From contig CBDCSU010000006.1 in the NCBI GenBank assembly GCA_965221775.1, positions 928,001 to 992,000 on the forward strand: a stretch of DNA of 64,000 nucleotides, written 5' to 3'. Position 1 is the stretch's first letter. Every line of letters starts with the position of its first letter. The DNA comes from Candidatus Latescibacterota bacterium. Its GTDB lineage: Bacteria > Latescibacterota > UBA2968 > UBA8231. This document shows, in pieces, positions 1-10,987 of this stretch. A program made the position numbers and the translations under genes. Under the pieces are notes generated by a model. It saw nothing but the letters and a program-made list of their open reading frames with translations. It was not told the DNA's origin and made no database searches.

Positions 1-2
1 CC

Positions 3-608
3 GACAAGCTCCACCAACTCGCCGAACCGGCCCGCGATGAGCTGGTAGGCATGGGCCTGCGCACCGTCCTCGACCTGCGGCGCGGCAGCGACCTGGCCGA
101 GCACCCCAGCGTCTTCGCCGGCTCGGAGGAGGTCGACTACCGCCACGTGGACTTCATCGGGGAGGGACCCGTCGAGGCCTCCGGGCCCCTCGAAAGCGCC
201 GAGTGGATCGGCGACCTCTACTGCGGGTGGCTCGAGAATCGCCGCGACAAGGTGCTCGACATCCTGCGCACCCTCGCCGCGCCGGGGGCCGTGCCCGCCC
301 TGTTCAACTGCGCCGGCGGCAAGGACCGCACCGGAGTCACCGCCGCCCTGCTCCTCGGCCTGGCGGGGGTGCCCGACGGGGTGATCGCCGAGGACTACAG
401 CCTCAGCGGGCGCTTCCTCGTCGACCGCATGGAGGAGGGCGACCCCCGGACCTGGCAGGAGTACCAGCAGGAGGTCTCCCCCACGAGGGCCATGGAGATC
501 GCCCTCGAGCACCTGAACGGCAAGTACGGCGGCATCGAGCCTTACGTGCGCTCCATCGGGCTGACCGCGGAGGAGGTGACGCGGCTGCGCGCCGGCCTGC
601 TGGACTGA
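3..608 (+). CDS. Tyrosine-protein phosphatase (PtpB/IphP-like), 5'-truncated by the window edge
   Basis: Frame open from position 3; motifs GLRTVLDLR, P-loop FNCAGGKDRTG, IAEDYSLS. Confidence 0.85.
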   Translation, partial: DKLHQLAEPARDELVGMGLRTVLDLRRGSDLAEHPSVFAGSEEVDYRHVDFIGEGPVEASGPLESAEWIGDLYCGWLENRRDKVLDILRTLAAPGAVPALFNCAGGKDRTGVTAALLLGLAGVPDGVIAEDYSLSGRFLVDRMEEGDPRTWQEYQQEVSPTRAMEIALEHLNGKYGGIEPYVRSIGLTAEEVTRLRAGLLD

Positions 609-610
609 CC

Positions 611-1945
611 GTGGCCGGCGACCGCCTCTTCCACCGCGTCCGCAAGGACCGCTGGCTGCGCGTCACCTGCGGCGAGGGCTGCTGGCTCTACGGCGACGAC
701 GGCCGCGCCTGGCTCGACGCCTGCGCCGGCGTCCACGTGGTCAGCATCGGCCACGGCGTCCCCGAGATCGCCGAGGCCATGGAGGCGCAGGCGCGCAAGG
801 TCGCCTTCACCTACTCGCGCTTCCTCACCGAGCCCCAGGTCGAGCTGGCCGACCGCATCGCGGCCCTGACCCCCGGCGGCCTGAACCGCGTGTTCTTCGT
901 CTCCGGCGGCTCGGAAGCGACCGAGTCGGCCATGAAGATCGCCCGCAAGTACCACCTCGAGACCGGCAACCCCGGCAAGCACAAGATCGTCTCGCGCTGG
1001 CAGAGCTGGCACGGCAACACCGTGGGCGCCCTCTCCATGTCTGGGCGGTCGCCGTGGCGCCGCGACTACGAGCCCTACCTCCTCGACTTCCCCCACATCC
1101 GCCCCTGCTACCCGTACCGCTGCCCGTACTGCCGCGACGAGTGCGCCCTCACCTGCGCCGAGGACCTGGAGCGCGTCATCCTGCAGGAGGGGGCCGAGAC
1201 GATCGCCGCCTTCATCGCCGAGCCGATCCTCGGCACCTCCTGTGCCGGACTGACACCGCCGCCGGACTACTTCCGCACCCTCCGCGAGATCTGCGACCGC
1301 CACGACGTGCTCCTGATCGCCGACGAGGTGGTCACCGGTTTCGGCCGCACCGGCCTCGACTTCGGTTTCGAGCACTTCGACGTGGTGCCCGACATCCTGG
1401 CCACCGGCAAGGGCCTGAGCAGCGGCTACACGCCGATCGCCGCCACCGTCGTGAGCGACGGCATTTACGACGCCATCTACGAGAGGCAGGACCACTACGT
1501 CCACGGCCACACCTACGGTGGCAACCCCCTCTCCTGCGCCGTGGCCCTGGCCGTGCAGGACTACGTCGCCGCCCACGACCTCGTCGACCGCTGCCGCCGC
1601 ATGGGCGACCTCATGCTGGAGCGCCTCGAGCCCCTGCTGGACAACCCCATCGTCGGGGCGGTGCGCGGCAAGGGCCTGCTCACCGGGGTGGAGTTCGTCG
1701 CCGACAAGCGGACCCGGGAGCCCTTCCCCGCGGAGCGCGGCGTCACCGCCGCCGTCGTCGACCGCGTCTTCGACAAGGGCGTGCTGATCATGCCCGGCGC
1801 CCCGGGGCTGGTGGACGGCGTCCGCGGCGACCACATCGCCATCAGCCCGCCCTTCACCGTCGACGAGGACGAGGTGGAGACCACGGTGCGCGCCGTCACC
1901 GAAGCGGTGGAGGAGACGGCGCGGGAGCTGGGAGCGGCGACGTGA
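611..1945 (+). CDS. Class III PLP-dependent aminotransferase
   Basis: GTG at 611; motifs SGGSEATE, WHGNT, FIAEPI, LLIADEVVTGFGRTG, PDILATGKGLSSGY (PLP lysine), HGHTYGGNP. Confidence 0.9.
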   Translation: MAGDRLFHRVRKDRWLRVTCGEGCWLYGDDGRAWLDACAGVHVVSIGHGVPEIAEAMEAQARKVAFTYSRFLTEPQVELADRIAALTPGGLNRVFFVSGGSEATESAMKIARKYHLETGNPGKHKIVSRWQSWHGNTVGALSMSGRSPWRRDYEPYLLDFPHIRPCYPYRCPYCRDECALTCAEDLERVILQEGAETIAAFIAEPILGTSCAGLTPPPDYFRTLREICDRHDVLLIADEVVTGFGRTGLDFGFEHFDVVPDILATGKGLSSGYTPIAATVVSDGIYDAIYERQDHYVHGHTYGGNPLSCAVALAVQDYVAAHDLVDRCRRMGDLMLERLEPLLDNPIVGAVRGKGLLTGVEFVADKRTREPFPAERGVTAAVVDRVFDKGVLIMPGAPGLVDGVRGDHIAISPPFTVDEDEVETTVRAVTEAVEETARELGAAT

Positions 1946-2428
1946 ATGCGGGGAATCTCGATCAAGCCATTCGAGAGCCGGGACCAGGAACCTGTCCGGA
2001 GGCTGATCCTGGCCGGACTCGCCGAGCACTGGGGAGAGATCGACCCGGGGCTGAATCCGGACCTGGACGACATCGCCGCCAGCTACGAGGATGCCACCTT
2101 CCTGGTCGCCTGGCTCGACGGTCGGATCGTCGGGTCGGGCGCGCTGGTTCCCAAGTCGGACGAGGCAGCGGAGATCGTCAGGATGTCCGTGGTCTCGGAG
2201 CTTCGAGGGCGAGGGATCGGGAAGAGCATGCTGAACAGGCTCTGCCGGGAGGCCGCCGAGGCAGGGTTCCGGCGGCTCGTGCTGGAGACAACCTCCACCT
2301 GGGATGATGTGATCGAGTTCTACAAGAGGTTCGGCTTTCGGGTGACGCACACCCGGGAGGGCCCGTTCGGCGGCGAGGTTCACCTCTCACTCGAACCGCT
2401 CCCCGGCGCGGGTGCCCCGGTCCCATGA
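1946..2428 (+). CDS. GNAT family N-acetyltransferase
   Basis: Acetyl-CoA motif RGRGIGK, LVLET, FYKRFGF. Confidence 0.85.
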   Translation: MRGISIKPFESRDQEPVRRLILAGLAEHWGEIDPGLNPDLDDIAASYEDATFLVAWLDGRIVGSGALVPKSDEAAEIVRMSVVSELRGRGIGKSMLNRLCREAAEAGFRRLVLETTSTWDDVIEFYKRFGFRVTHTREGPFGGEVHLSLEPLPGAGAPVP

Positions 2429-2438
2429 AGCGCGGGTC

Positions 2439-2476
2439 TTGACTTGGGAAGTACGGATTCTTACTTCGTAAGTAAG
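2439..2476 (+). promoter_or_regulatory. Putative promoter and palindromic operator of the TA module
   Basis: TTGACT (-35-like) at 2439-2444; perfect inverted repeat CTTACTT-cgt-AAGTAAG at 2460-2476 in an AT-rich patch upstream of the antitoxin. Confidence 0.6.
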
Positions 2477-2497
2477 TATTCCACATGGAGGGATCAC

Positions 2498-2719
2498 ATG
2501 AAGGCGACACTCTCTCAGAGAGGGCAGGTGACCATTCCCAAGTCCTGCCGCGACAAGCTCGGCCTCAAGACCGGTACCGTTCTGGACTTCGAGGCCAGGG
2601 ACGGGGTCCTCGTGGCGCGCAAGGTTCAACCTGAGGACGTCTTCCGCAAGTGGAGGGGCCGCGGCCGGCTTCCGACCGGGCTTGGAGTCGACGAGTACCT
2701 CGACGAAATACGGGGATGA
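2498..2719 (+). CDS. AbrB/MazE/SpoVT-type antitoxin
   Basis: MKATLSQRGQVTIPK..RDKLGLKTG AbrB fold; GGAGG RBS; ATGA overlap with the PIN gene. Confidence 0.88.
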   Translation: MKATLSQRGQVTIPKSCRDKLGLKTGTVLDFEARDGVLVARKVQPEDVFRKWRGRGRLPTGLGVDEYLDEIRG

Positions 2720-3129
2720 TCTCGGCCGTCGACTCATCGATCATTCTGGACGTCGTCACCGGCGACCCCCGTCACGCCGACCCGTCCGAAGAGGCTCTGC
2801 GCCGCGCCTCTCGCGAAGGGCAGGTCATCGCCTGCGAATGCGTCCTCGCCGAGATCTATCCGGTCTTCGACGGTACCGACTCCTTCGAGGAGTTCCTCAC
2901 CGACTGGCAGGTGGATTTCGTCCCGTCCTCGCGACAGAGCGCGATCCTGGCCGGGCGCCACTTCGCCGCATACCTGGCGCGCGGGGGCTCTCGCCGCCGG
3001 GTCGCGGCCGACTTCCTGATCGGCGCCCACGCGCAGACACAGGCCGACCGCCTCGTCGCCCGCGACCGTGGATTCCTGCGGGACTACTTCTCCGGCCTGC
3101 AGTTGCTCGACCCTTCCTCGGGGGCGTGA
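2716..3129 (+). CDS. vapC: PIN-domain (VapC-like) toxin
   Basis: AVDSSIILD, LAE, ADFLIGAHA, LVARDRG acidic PIN motifs; coupled to the antitoxin. Confidence 0.88.
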   Translation: MISAVDSSIILDVVTGDPRHADPSEEALRRASREGQVIACECVLAEIYPVFDGTDSFEEFLTDWQVDFVPSSRQSAILAGRHFAAYLARGGSRRRVAADFLIGAHAQTQADRLVARDRGFLRDYFSGLQLLDPSSGA

Positions 3130-3157
3130 CCCCCTCGCCCGCGCCCGCGCGGCCTTC

Positions 3158-4264
3158 ATGAAGCGCAAGATCCTCCTCGTCGTCAGCACGCGCCCCAACT
3201 TCATGAAGGTGGCGCCCATCCTCGCCCGGCTGCGCCAGCGCCCGGAGCGCTTCGACATCTGCCTGCTCCACACCGGCCAGCATTACGACGCCCTGCTCTC
3301 CGACGTGTTCTTCGACGACCTCGACCTGCCGGAACCCGACCACCACCTGGGGGCCGGCTCGGGGACCCACGGGGTGCAGACGGGGCGTATCCTGGCCGCC
3401 TTCGACCCGGTCCTGATCGAGGAGAAGCCCGATCTCGTCGTCGTCGTGGGGGACGTGACCGGCACCATGGCCTGCGCCCTCGGGGCGGTGAAGCTCCACG
3501 TCCCGGTGGCCCACGTGGAGGCCGGCCTGCGCAGCCGCGACCGCCGCATGCCGGAGGAGATCAATCGCATCGTCACCGACGCCGTCTCCGACCACCTGTT
3601 CACGCCCTCCCGCGACGCCGACGACAACCTGCGCGCCGAGGGCATCCCCGCGGAGCGGATCCACTGCGTGGGCAACGTCATGGTGGACTCGCTGCGGACG
3701 GCGCTGAAGTCCCTGCACCGGTCGACGGCGCTGGAGGACCTCGGCCTGGAGCCGCGGGGCTATGCCCTGCTCACCCTGCACCGGGACTTCAACGTCGATT
3801 CGGAGGAGCGCCTGCGGCAGGCCCTGGACGCGGTGGAGCGCGTGCAGCGGCGCCTGCCGGTGGTCTTCCCCGTGCATCCGCGCACCCGCGCCCGCATCGA
3901 GAGCTTCGGCCTGCAACAGCGGCTTGCGCAGGCGCGGGACCTGCGCCTCATCGAGCCGGTGGGCTACCTCGACGCCCTGCGACTGCAGAAGGAGGCGCGC
4001 CTCGTGCTCTCGGACTCGGCCGGCCTGCAGGAGGAGTCGACCGTCTTCGGGGTCCCGTGCCTGACCCTGCGCCCGAACACCGAGCGGCCCGTCACCGTGG
4101 AGGTGGGCACGGCCACCGTCGTCGACCTCGACGCCGACCTGATCGAGCGCGAGACCGATCGGGTGCTGGACGGGAGCTACAAGAAAGGCGCCGTCCCCGA
4201 GCTGTGGGACGGCGCCGCGGCCCGGCGCATCGTCGAGGTGTTCGCCGAGCGACTCTTCATCTAG
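3158..4264 (+). CDS. wecB: UDP-N-acetylglucosamine 2-epimerase (non-hydrolysing)
   Basis: TRPNFMK, HTGQHYD, VVGD, HVEAGLRS, PEEINR, LTLHR, DSAGLQEE, RPNTERP, WDG. Confidence 0.93.
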   Translation: MKRKILLVVSTRPNFMKVAPILARLRQRPERFDICLLHTGQHYDALLSDVFFDDLDLPEPDHHLGAGSGTHGVQTGRILAAFDPVLIEEKPDLVVVVGDVTGTMACALGAVKLHVPVAHVEAGLRSRDRRMPEEINRIVTDAVSDHLFTPSRDADDNLRAEGIPAERIHCVGNVMVDSLRTALKSLHRSTALEDLGLEPRGYALLTLHRDFNVDSEERLRQALDAVERVQRRLPVVFPVHPRTRARIESFGLQQRLAQARDLRLIEPVGYLDALRLQKEARLVLSDSAGLQEESTVFGVPCLTLRPNTERPVTVEVGTATVVDLDADLIERETDRVLDGSYKKGAVPELWDGAAARRIVEVFAERLFI

Positions 4265-5915
4265 GCGCCCAGCTGGCGCGCAGATACCTCGTCCCGAATC
4301 CGGCCGGGTCCCGTGGATTCTCCTCCACCACCCGGACCAGGCCGCTCCCATCTGCTTCCATCACATACAGCTCGGCCCAGAATCCATTCCCATCGGCGAC
4401 AAAGAGAATCCTGGAGCCATCCGGCGACCAGCTCGGGGCCCTGACGAAACTCGTCCGCACTTCGCCGAAGATGCTGTCCTCGGTAAGGACGGTCTGATCT
4501 CCGGTGGCGATGTCGATCACCACCAGATCCGTTCGTTTGGACAGGACGGGCGGATCCACCCACGTATTGATGTTCCGTTCCCTGACCACGATCAGTCGCT
4601 GGCCGTCGGGGGAGAAGGCCGGATCGTAGTAGTCCCATGCGTGGATTCCGCTGGACATGTCCTGCTCCGCTGTGATCATCCGCGCCGGCCCTCCATCCAG
4701 GCTGATCTCGTATACGCCGATCTTCTCCCGGGGATAGGGTTGATACCAATTGGCCACGCAGTAGAGGAGCTTGTCGTGGCCCGACCACTCGACGGACCAC
4801 TCCCTCAGGATGTCATCGGTCACCTGCCTCCGATGGCCGCCATCGGCGTCCATGACAAACAGCTCGAAGGGATTGACGCTGAAGCCTCCGGCTATCAGGC
4901 CGCCCACTTCTCTCCTGGGGACCTCTATCTCATTCGGACTCACTCCCACGTAGGCGATCCTCTGGCCGTCGGGCGACCAGGTCGGGTCCACCTCCCACCC
5001 CTGGGTCCGTGTGAGCCGGGTCTCCTGGCCGCTCTCCACGTCGATGGTGAACAGATCCCTCCCCCGCTCGAAGGCGATCTTGGTCCCGTCCGGGGACCAG
5101 GAGAGGGGGGACCGGCGGAACCTTCCCTCTTCCCCCTCGTCATGGGTCAGCCGCCGTAGACGTTCCGTCGAGTCCAGCACGTAGATGTCGAACCAGCCGG
5201 TGCTGTCGAGGTTGGCCACGAAAGCGATCTTCGTCTGGATGATCTTGCCGATCCCGGACGACTCGGGCTCCTCCTCATCGGGAACCTCACGCCGCAGAAA
5301 GACCTCGATGCCCCTCTCCTGGAGTCGACTCAGCAGACTCTCGTCGGGGGGCAACTGCACGTCGTCCAGCTCGACGTAGCCCAGCGTCTCGAAGGACAGC
5401 AACGGCGTCAGGTCGGCCGTGGGGTTGTGGGACAGGATGAGTGTCTGAAGTTGGGCCAGTCCACTCAGTGGCTCGACGTTTGCGACTTCATTGGAAGAGA
5501 CATCCAGGTACCGCAGGTCCTGCAACTCCTTCAGAGGTGACAGATCGCTGATCTTGTTGTTTCTAAGGTCGAGCCATGTCAACACGGTCAGGGCGGCCAG
5601 GGGGGCGATCTCCCGGATGCGGTTGTCGGCCAGGGCCAGGCGTTCGAGACCACCCAGGGCCTGGATGCCGTCGAGTCCTTCGATGCCGTGGCCGCTTGCG
5701 TTCAGCACGGTCAGGGCCGCCAGCGCGCCAGAGGTGAAAGCCCGGTCCTCGACGACCAGGGCCCTGGCGACGGCCGTCGTCAAGCCCGTGTCGGCGAAGG
5801 TCACCTCGCCAGCCACGAGGCCCGGCTGCACGGGCGCCTCCGTAGGCTTCGATCCGCAGCCGCATATCCCCAGCAGGATGGCGGCGAGGGCGGCGGGAGG
5901 CACGGCGGAGCTCAT
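4257..5915 (-). CDS. Lipoprotein with internalin-like leucine-rich repeats fused to a TolB-like beta-propeller
   Basis: Lipobox-like LLGICGC; LxxLxLxxNxIxDLxPL repeats; repeated WSPDG/FSPDG blades. Confidence 0.8.
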   Translation of the reverse strand: MSSAVPPAALAAILLGICGCGSKPTEAPVQPGLVAGEVTFADTGLTTAVARALVVEDRAFTSGALAALTVLNASGHGIEGLDGIQALGGLERLALADNRIREIAPLAALTVLTWLDLRNNKISDLSPLKELQDLRYLDVSSNEVANVEPLSGLAQLQTLILSHNPTADLTPLLSFETLGYVELDDVQLPPDESLLSRLQERGIEVFLRREVPDEEEPESSGIGKIIQTKIAFVANLDSTGWFDIYVLDSTERLRRLTHDEGEEGRFRRSPLSWSPDGTKIAFERGRDLFTIDVESGQETRLTRTQGWEVDPTWSPDGQRIAYVGVSPNEIEVPRREVGGLIAGGFSVNPFELFVMDADGGHRRQVTDDILREWSVEWSGHDKLLYCVANWYQPYPREKIGVYEISLDGGPARMITAEQDMSSGIHAWDYYDPAFSPDGQRLIVVRERNINTWVDPPVLSKRTDLVVIDIATGDQTVLTEDSIFGEVRTSFVRAPSWSPDGSRILFVADGNGFWAELYVMEADGSGLVRVVEENPRDPAGFGTRYLRASWAPR

Positions 5916-5932
5916 GGGAGATTCCTCGAGAG

Positions 5933-7408
5933 TCACACGAACCGCAGGCCGCGCTGGTTCCCCATCCCCTTGGGGGCGACCATGTCGCGTTTGGCGGTGA
6001 CGTCGAGGGCGGGATCCGGCACCCCCACCAGCTCCCCGTCCTTCACCCAGTCCTCGTCGCCGCCGTAGAGCTCGCCCATGAGCAGCTCCTGCAGGCGCCT
6101 CAGCTCGCCGGCGTGGGCGGGATCGCCGGCCAGGTCCCGCGTCTCCCGCGGGTCGGCCTCCAGGTCGAAGAGCTGCGAGCGGTTGCCGGCGGCGTAGTAG
6201 ATCAGCTTGTAGCGGCCGGCGCGGATCATGCGCGTCCCCAGGTCGCCGGCGAAGTGCTCCCCGTAGAGGTGGTCGCGCCGCTCCTCCCCGGCCAGGGAGA
6301 GCCCGTCGGCGGTGGCCGGGACCGGCAGTCCGCACAGGTCCAGCAGCGTCGGCATGAGGTCGCCGAACTCGGCGAGGCGGTCGTCCCGCGTTCCGGGGGT
6401 GAGCCGCTCCTCGCCGCGGGGCGGGATGATGATGAGGGGGATCTTGGCCGACATCTCGTAGAGGGGGGTCATGCACCAGAGGCCGTGCTCGCCGAGCATG
6501 TGGCCGTGGTCGGAGGTGAAGACGATGATCGTGTCGTCGAGGAGGCCCTGCTCGCGCAGGAGACCGACCATGAGCCGCATCTGGTTGTCGATGTGGGTGA
6601 GGGTGGCGTAGAAGGCGCGCCGCGCCAGGCGCTGCTCGTGCCAGGGGGCGCCGACCATGGCGCTCATGTTCTGGTTGCGGTAGCGCAGGGTGTAGGGCAG
6701 TTGGGCCGGGTCGGCGGACCAGTCCCCCGTCGACGACCGGTCGATCTCGACATCGCGGTAGAGGTCGAGGTATTCCTGGAGCGGCGTCATCGGCGGATGG
6801 GGCGCGGAGAACGAGAGGTACCAGAACCCCGGCTTGCGCGGGTCCCGCCGGTGGATCGCCTTCGACATCTCGCGGACCGCCCAGTTGACGGGGTGGCAGT
6901 CCTCCGGCAGGTGCCAGGGCCGCGCCAGGAAGTCGTTGTGGCACATGCCGCCGGCGTACTCCATGCCGGCGTGGCCGCGCTCGGCCAGGAAGATCTCCCA
7001 GTCGTCGGCGCGGCCGTCGAACTGGTGGCGGCCCTGCTCCTCGAGGATGACCTCGTCGAAGCCGATGCGGTCGCGCTGGGGGGAGACGTGGAGCTTGCCC
7101 ACGCAGTAGGTCTGGTAGCCGCCCTCGCGGAAGCAGCCGGCCAGGGTCGGCGCGTCGGGCAGCGGGTTCCGCTCCATGAAGGTCCGGTCGCCGTGGGAGC
7201 GGGCGTTCATCCCCGTCATCAGGGAGCGCCGCGCCGGGATGCACGAGGGACAGGCCGAGTAGGCCTGCTCGTAGGTGACGCCGTTGCGGCTCATCTGCTC
7301 CACCGTGGGGGTCATCACCACCGGGTGCCCCGCCGGCCGCGTGAGCAGCCCGCTCCAGTGGTCGGTGCAGATGAGCAGCACGTTCGGTCGGCGCCCTGCG
7401 TCGGCCAT
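5933..7408 (-). CDS. Formylglycine-dependent (S1) sulfatase
   Basis: RPNVLLICTD, CIPARRSLMTG (CxPxR), GKLH, APHPP, FTSDHG. Confidence 0.92.
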   Translation of the reverse strand: MADAGRRPNVLLICTDHWSGLLTRPAGHPVVMTPTVEQMSRNGVTYEQAYSACPSCIPARRSLMTGMNARSHGDRTFMERNPLPDAPTLAGCFREGGYQTYCVGKLHVSPQRDRIGFDEVILEEQGRHQFDGRADDWEIFLAERGHAGMEYAGGMCHNDFLARPWHLPEDCHPVNWAVREMSKAIHRRDPRKPGFWYLSFSAPHPPMTPLQEYLDLYRDVEIDRSSTGDWSADPAQLPYTLRYRNQNMSAMVGAPWHEQRLARRAFYATLTHIDNQMRLMVGLLREQGLLDDTIIVFTSDHGHMLGEHGLWCMTPLYEMSAKIPLIIIPPRGEERLTPGTRDDRLAEFGDLMPTLLDLCGLPVPATADGLSLAGEERRDHLYGEHFAGDLGTRMIRAGRYKLIYYAAGNRSQLFDLEADPRETRDLAGDPAHAGELRRLQELLMGELYGGDEDWVKDGELVGVPDPALDVTAKRDMVAPKGMGNQRGLRFV

Positions 7409-7618
7409 GGCTGACCCTCCTCGGGTGGGGTGCGTCCCCTGCGCAGCGGAAAGACAGAGGCCCGGAGGCGCCGCGCACAAGGGGAACCGGGCTTCCAGCG
7501 CCGGGCCGACTGGGAGGCCGCCGCAACCCTCTCCGGGCTTGCCGCCCGCCGGGGCGTCGAGTATCCTCGCCCCCGGGCGCCGGGCTCCCCGGGCGCCGGG
7601 ACCGCCGACCGACTCCCC

Positions 7619-9028
7619 GTGACCTCCTCCAAGACAGGCCTGTCCGCCCTGCCGCCGGTGGACCGCGTCCTCGACGACCCCAGGGTCGCTGCGCTGGGGG
7701 ATCGCTGCGACCGCCGCGTCCTGGCCGGCCTCGTGCGCGACGCCCTCGCCGGACTGCGCGAGGACCTGCTGGAGGGAGGCGCCCCCGGCCACCGGGAGGA
7801 GCTGATCGAGCTCGCCGTGGCCGGCGTCCGCGAGGGCCTCGACCGCAAGCTGGCCCCCCGCCTCGGCAAGGTGGTCAACGCCACCGGCATCGTCCTGCAC
7901 ACCAACCTCGGCCGCGCCCCGCTAACCGCCGACGCCATCCGCCGGATCGCCGAGACCGCCGGCGGCTACTGCGGCCTGGAGATCGACCTGGAGGACGGCG
8001 GACGCGGCAGCCGCCACCGCATCGTCGAGGAGCTGCTCTGCGAGCTGACCGGCGCCGAGGCGGCGGCCGTGGTCAACAACAACGCCGCCGCGGTGCTGAT
8101 CACCCTCAACAGCCTCGCCCTCGGGCGGGAGGCGGTGGTCTCCCGGGGCCAGCTCATCGAGATCGGCGGCTCCTTCCGCCTGCCCGACGTGATGGAGCGC
8201 AGCGGCGCCTTCCCGGTCGAGGTGGGCACCACCAACCGCACCCACCTGTCCGACTACGAGGCGGCGATCAGCGAGCGCACGGGGCTGCTCCTCGACGCCC
8301 ACACCAGCAACTACCGCGTCCTCGGCTTCACCGCCTCCGTGCCGCTGGAGGAGCTGGTCGCCCTCGGCCGCAGCCGTGGCCTGCCGGTGGTCCGCGACCT
8401 CGGCGGGGGCGCCCTCATCGACCTGAGCGAACTCGGCCTGCCCGCCGAGCCACTGGTGGCCGACAGCGTCGCTGCCGGCGCCGACGTGGTCACCTTCAGC
8501 GGCGACAAGGTCCTCGGGGGGCCCCAGGCCGGGCTGATCGTCGGCCGCCGGGAGAGTGTCGACCGCATCCGCACCAACCCGCTGATGCGCGCCCTGCGCT
8601 GCGGCAAGCTGACCTACGCGGCTCTCGAAGCCACCCTGCGCCTTTACCTGGACCGCTCGCGGCTGCTGGCCGAGCACCCGGTGCTGAGCCGGCTCACCGT
8701 GCCGGTGGCCACCCTCAAGCGCCGCGGCGGCCGCCTGCGCCGCCGCTTGGCCGATCTGCGCGAGGCCGGGTGGCGGATCGAGCTGATCGACTCGCGGGCC
8801 CAGGCCGGCAGCGGCTCCCTGCCCCTGGAGGAGATCCCGAGCGCCGCCCTCGCCGTGAAGCCCCCGGCTCGGCCGGTGGAGGAGCTGGCGGCGCGCCTGC
8901 GGCGGCACGACCCGCCGGTGGTCGGGTACGTGCGCGAGGACCGCCTGCACCTCGACCTGCGCACGGTCGCCGCCGGCGAGATCGCCGTCCTCGAGGCGGC
9001 CCTGCGCCGGGCCTCGGTCCCGCCGTGA
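7619..9028 (+). CDS. selA: L-seryl-tRNA(Sec) selenium transferase
   Basis: [53 protein letters not shown]; adjacent to selB and selC. Confidence 0.97.
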   Translation: MTSSKTGLSALPPVDRVLDDPRVAALGDRCDRRVLAGLVRDALAGLREDLLEGGAPGHREELIELAVAGVREGLDRKLAPRLGKVVNATGIVLHTNLGRAPLTADAIRRIAETAGGYCGLEIDLEDGGRGSRHRIVEELLCELTGAEAAAVVNNNAAAVLITLNSLALGREAVVSRGQLIEIGGSFRLPDVMERSGAFPVEVGTTNRTHLSDYEAAISERTGLLLDAHTSNYRVLGFTASVPLEELVALGRSRGLPVVRDLGGGALIDLSELGLPAEPLVADSVAAGADVVTFSGDKVLGGPQAGLIVGRRESVDRIRTNPLMRALRCGKLTYAALEATLRLYLDRSRLLAEHPVLSRLTVPVATLKRRGGRLRRRLADLREAGWRIELIDSRAQAGSGSLPLEEIPSAALAVKPPARPVEELAARLRRHDPPVVGYVREDRLHLDLRTVAAGEIAVLEAALRRASVPP

Positions 9029-10968
9029 GCCCGGGCCGCCACGTCATCATCGGCACGGCGGGCCACATCGACCACGGCAAGACCGCCCTGGTGAAGGCCC
9101 TCACCGGCATCGAGACCGACACCCACCCCCAGGAGCGGGCCCGGGGGCTGACCATCGACGTGGGGTTCGCCTACTGGAAGGAGGGCGTCACCCTCCTCGA
9201 CGTGCCGGGCCACGAGCGCTTCGTCAAGAACGCGGTGGCCGGCGTCAGCTCCGTCGACCTCGCCCTCTTCGTGGTCGCCGCCGACGACGGCGTCATGCCC
9301 CAGACGCGGGAGCACCTGGCCATCCTCCGGCTCCTCGGGGTGGGCGACGGCATCGTGGCCCTCACCAAGACCGACCTCGTGGAGCCCGAGTGGGTGGAGA
9401 TGGTCGTCGAGGACCTGCGCGAGCTGCTCGCCGGCACCTTCCTCGAGGCAGCGGAGATCGTCCCTGTCTCCTCGGTCACCGGGGAGGGGATCGGCCGCCT
9501 GCGGGAGCTGCTTGAGGAGCGCATCGCCGGCGTCGGGGAACGCCCCGACCGCGGCGCCTTGCGCCTGCCCGTGGACCGCGCCTTCTCCATGAGCGGCTTC
9601 GGCACGGTGGTGACCGGCACCGTCCTGGCCGGGTCGGTGCGCCCCAGGGACGAGCTGGTCCTGCAGCCCCGGGGGCGTCCGGTGCGGGTCCGCGGGGTGC
9701 AGATCCACGGCCGCGACGTGGCCGAAGCGGGTCCCGGGGACCGCGCCGCCGTGAACCTGTCGGACGTGACCGTGGACGAAGTCGCCCGCGGCGACACCCT
9801 GGCCGAGCCCGGGTTCTTCGAGGCCACGAGCCTGATCGACGCCCACCTGCGGGTCCTCGAGGACGCGCCCGCGGTCCTGAAGCACCGGGACCGACTGCGC
9901 CTCCACCTGGGGCCGGGGGAGGTCCTGGGGCGGGTGGTCCTGCTCGACGCCGACGCCCTGGCCCCCGGCGACAGCGGCTTCGTGCAGCTCCGCCTGGAGA
10001 GGCCGGGGACGGCCGCCCACGGGGACCGCTTCGTGGCGCGCCGCTACTCGCCCGCGCGCACCATCGCCGGCGGTACCGTCCTCGATCCCCGGGCACGGCC
10101 TCAGCGGCGGCGGCGGCCGGAGGTGCTGAAGCGGCTGCGGCGCCTGCACACGGGGGACCCGGGGACGGTCCTGGAGAGCCTGCTGCGCGATGCCGGCGCC
10201 GGCAGCCGCTCGGCGGCTGACCTGGCACCCGTTCTGGGCAGAAGCGTCGCCGACGTGGAGGCGAGGCTGGGGAAGCTGCGCGACCGCGGCGTCTGCGTCG
10301 ACTTCGAGCAGGCGGGCCGGCGGCGGTTCGTGCACGCCGGGGCCTGGGACCGCCTGGGCGAGGGGATTCTGGAGGCGCTGGCCGCCTTCCACGAGGAGCA
10401 GCCCCTGCAGCCGGCCGTCTCGCGGGAGGAGCTGAGCCGGCGCACCGGCGTCGATCCCGAGGCGGCGGTGTTCCAGGCGGTGGCGGAGTCCCTGGCGGCG
10501 GGCGGGCAGGTGCGCCTGGAGGCCGGGCGGCTGTCCCTGCCCGGCCACCGGGTCGAGCTGACGCCGGAGCAGGAGGCCCTCCGGCAGGGGATCGCCGCGG
10601 CCCTGCGGGACGGCGGCGCCCAACCGCCTGACGAGGGCGAGCTGCCCGGGCGCCTGGGCCGGCCCGCGGCGGAGGTCGAGGCCGTGGTCGCCGTCATGCA
10701 GGAGCGGGGCGACCTCTTGCGGCTGCGGGACGGCCTCCTCTTCGAGGCCGGGGTGCTGGAGCGGATCGAGTCGGACCTCGTGGCCCATCTGCGCGAGCAC
10801 GGGCAGATCGAGGTCGCCGGCTTCCGCGCGCTGGTGGGCACCACCCGCCGCTTCGCCCTGCCCCTGCTCAACTACTTCGACGGCAAGGGCCTGACCCAAC
10901 GGGAAGACGCCCTCCGCCGGCTCGTTCCGGGCGCGGTTGACAGCCGCGGAAACGCCGCCGGAGATTGA
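9025..10968 (+). CDS. selB: Selenocysteine-specific translation elongation factor
   Basis: [43 protein letters not shown]-terminal winged helix [13 protein letters not shown]; GTGA overlap with selA. Confidence 0.97.
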   Translation: MSPGRHVIIGTAGHIDHGKTALVKALTGIETDTHPQERARGLTIDVGFAYWKEGVTLLDVPGHERFVKNAVAGVSSVDLALFVVAADDGVMPQTREHLAILRLLGVGDGIVALTKTDLVEPEWVEMVVEDLRELLAGTFLEAAEIVPVSSVTGEGIGRLRELLEERIAGVGERPDRGALRLPVDRAFSMSGFGTVVTGTVLAGSVRPRDELVLQPRGRPVRVRGVQIHGRDVAEAGPGDRAAVNLSDVTVDEVARGDTLAEPGFFEATSLIDAHLRVLEDAPAVLKHRDRLRLHLGPGEVLGRVVLLDADALAPGDSGFVQLRLERPGTAAHGDRFVARRYSPARTIAGGTVLDPRARPQRRRRPEVLKRLRRLHTGDPGTVLESLLRDAGAGSRSAADLAPVLGRSVADVEARLGKLRDRGVCVDFEQAGRRRFVHAGAWDRLGEGILEALAAFHEEQPLQPAVSREELSRRTGVDPEAAVFQAVAESLAAGGQVRLEAGRLSLPGHRVELTPEQEALRQGIAAALRDGGAQPPDEGELPGRLGRPAAEVEAVVAVMQERGDLLRLRDGLLFEAGVLERIESDLVAHLREHGQIEVAGFRALVGTTRRFALPLLNYFDGKGLTQREDALRRLVPGAVDSRGNAAGD

Positions 10969-10987
10969 CCGGACCGCTGATCGGAAG

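Noticed and set aside
4257-7526. 1089-aa ORF as a single protein
   Set aside because: The N-terminal half is an off-frame shadow of the sulfatase; the real gene starts at ATG 5915 with a lipoprotein signal
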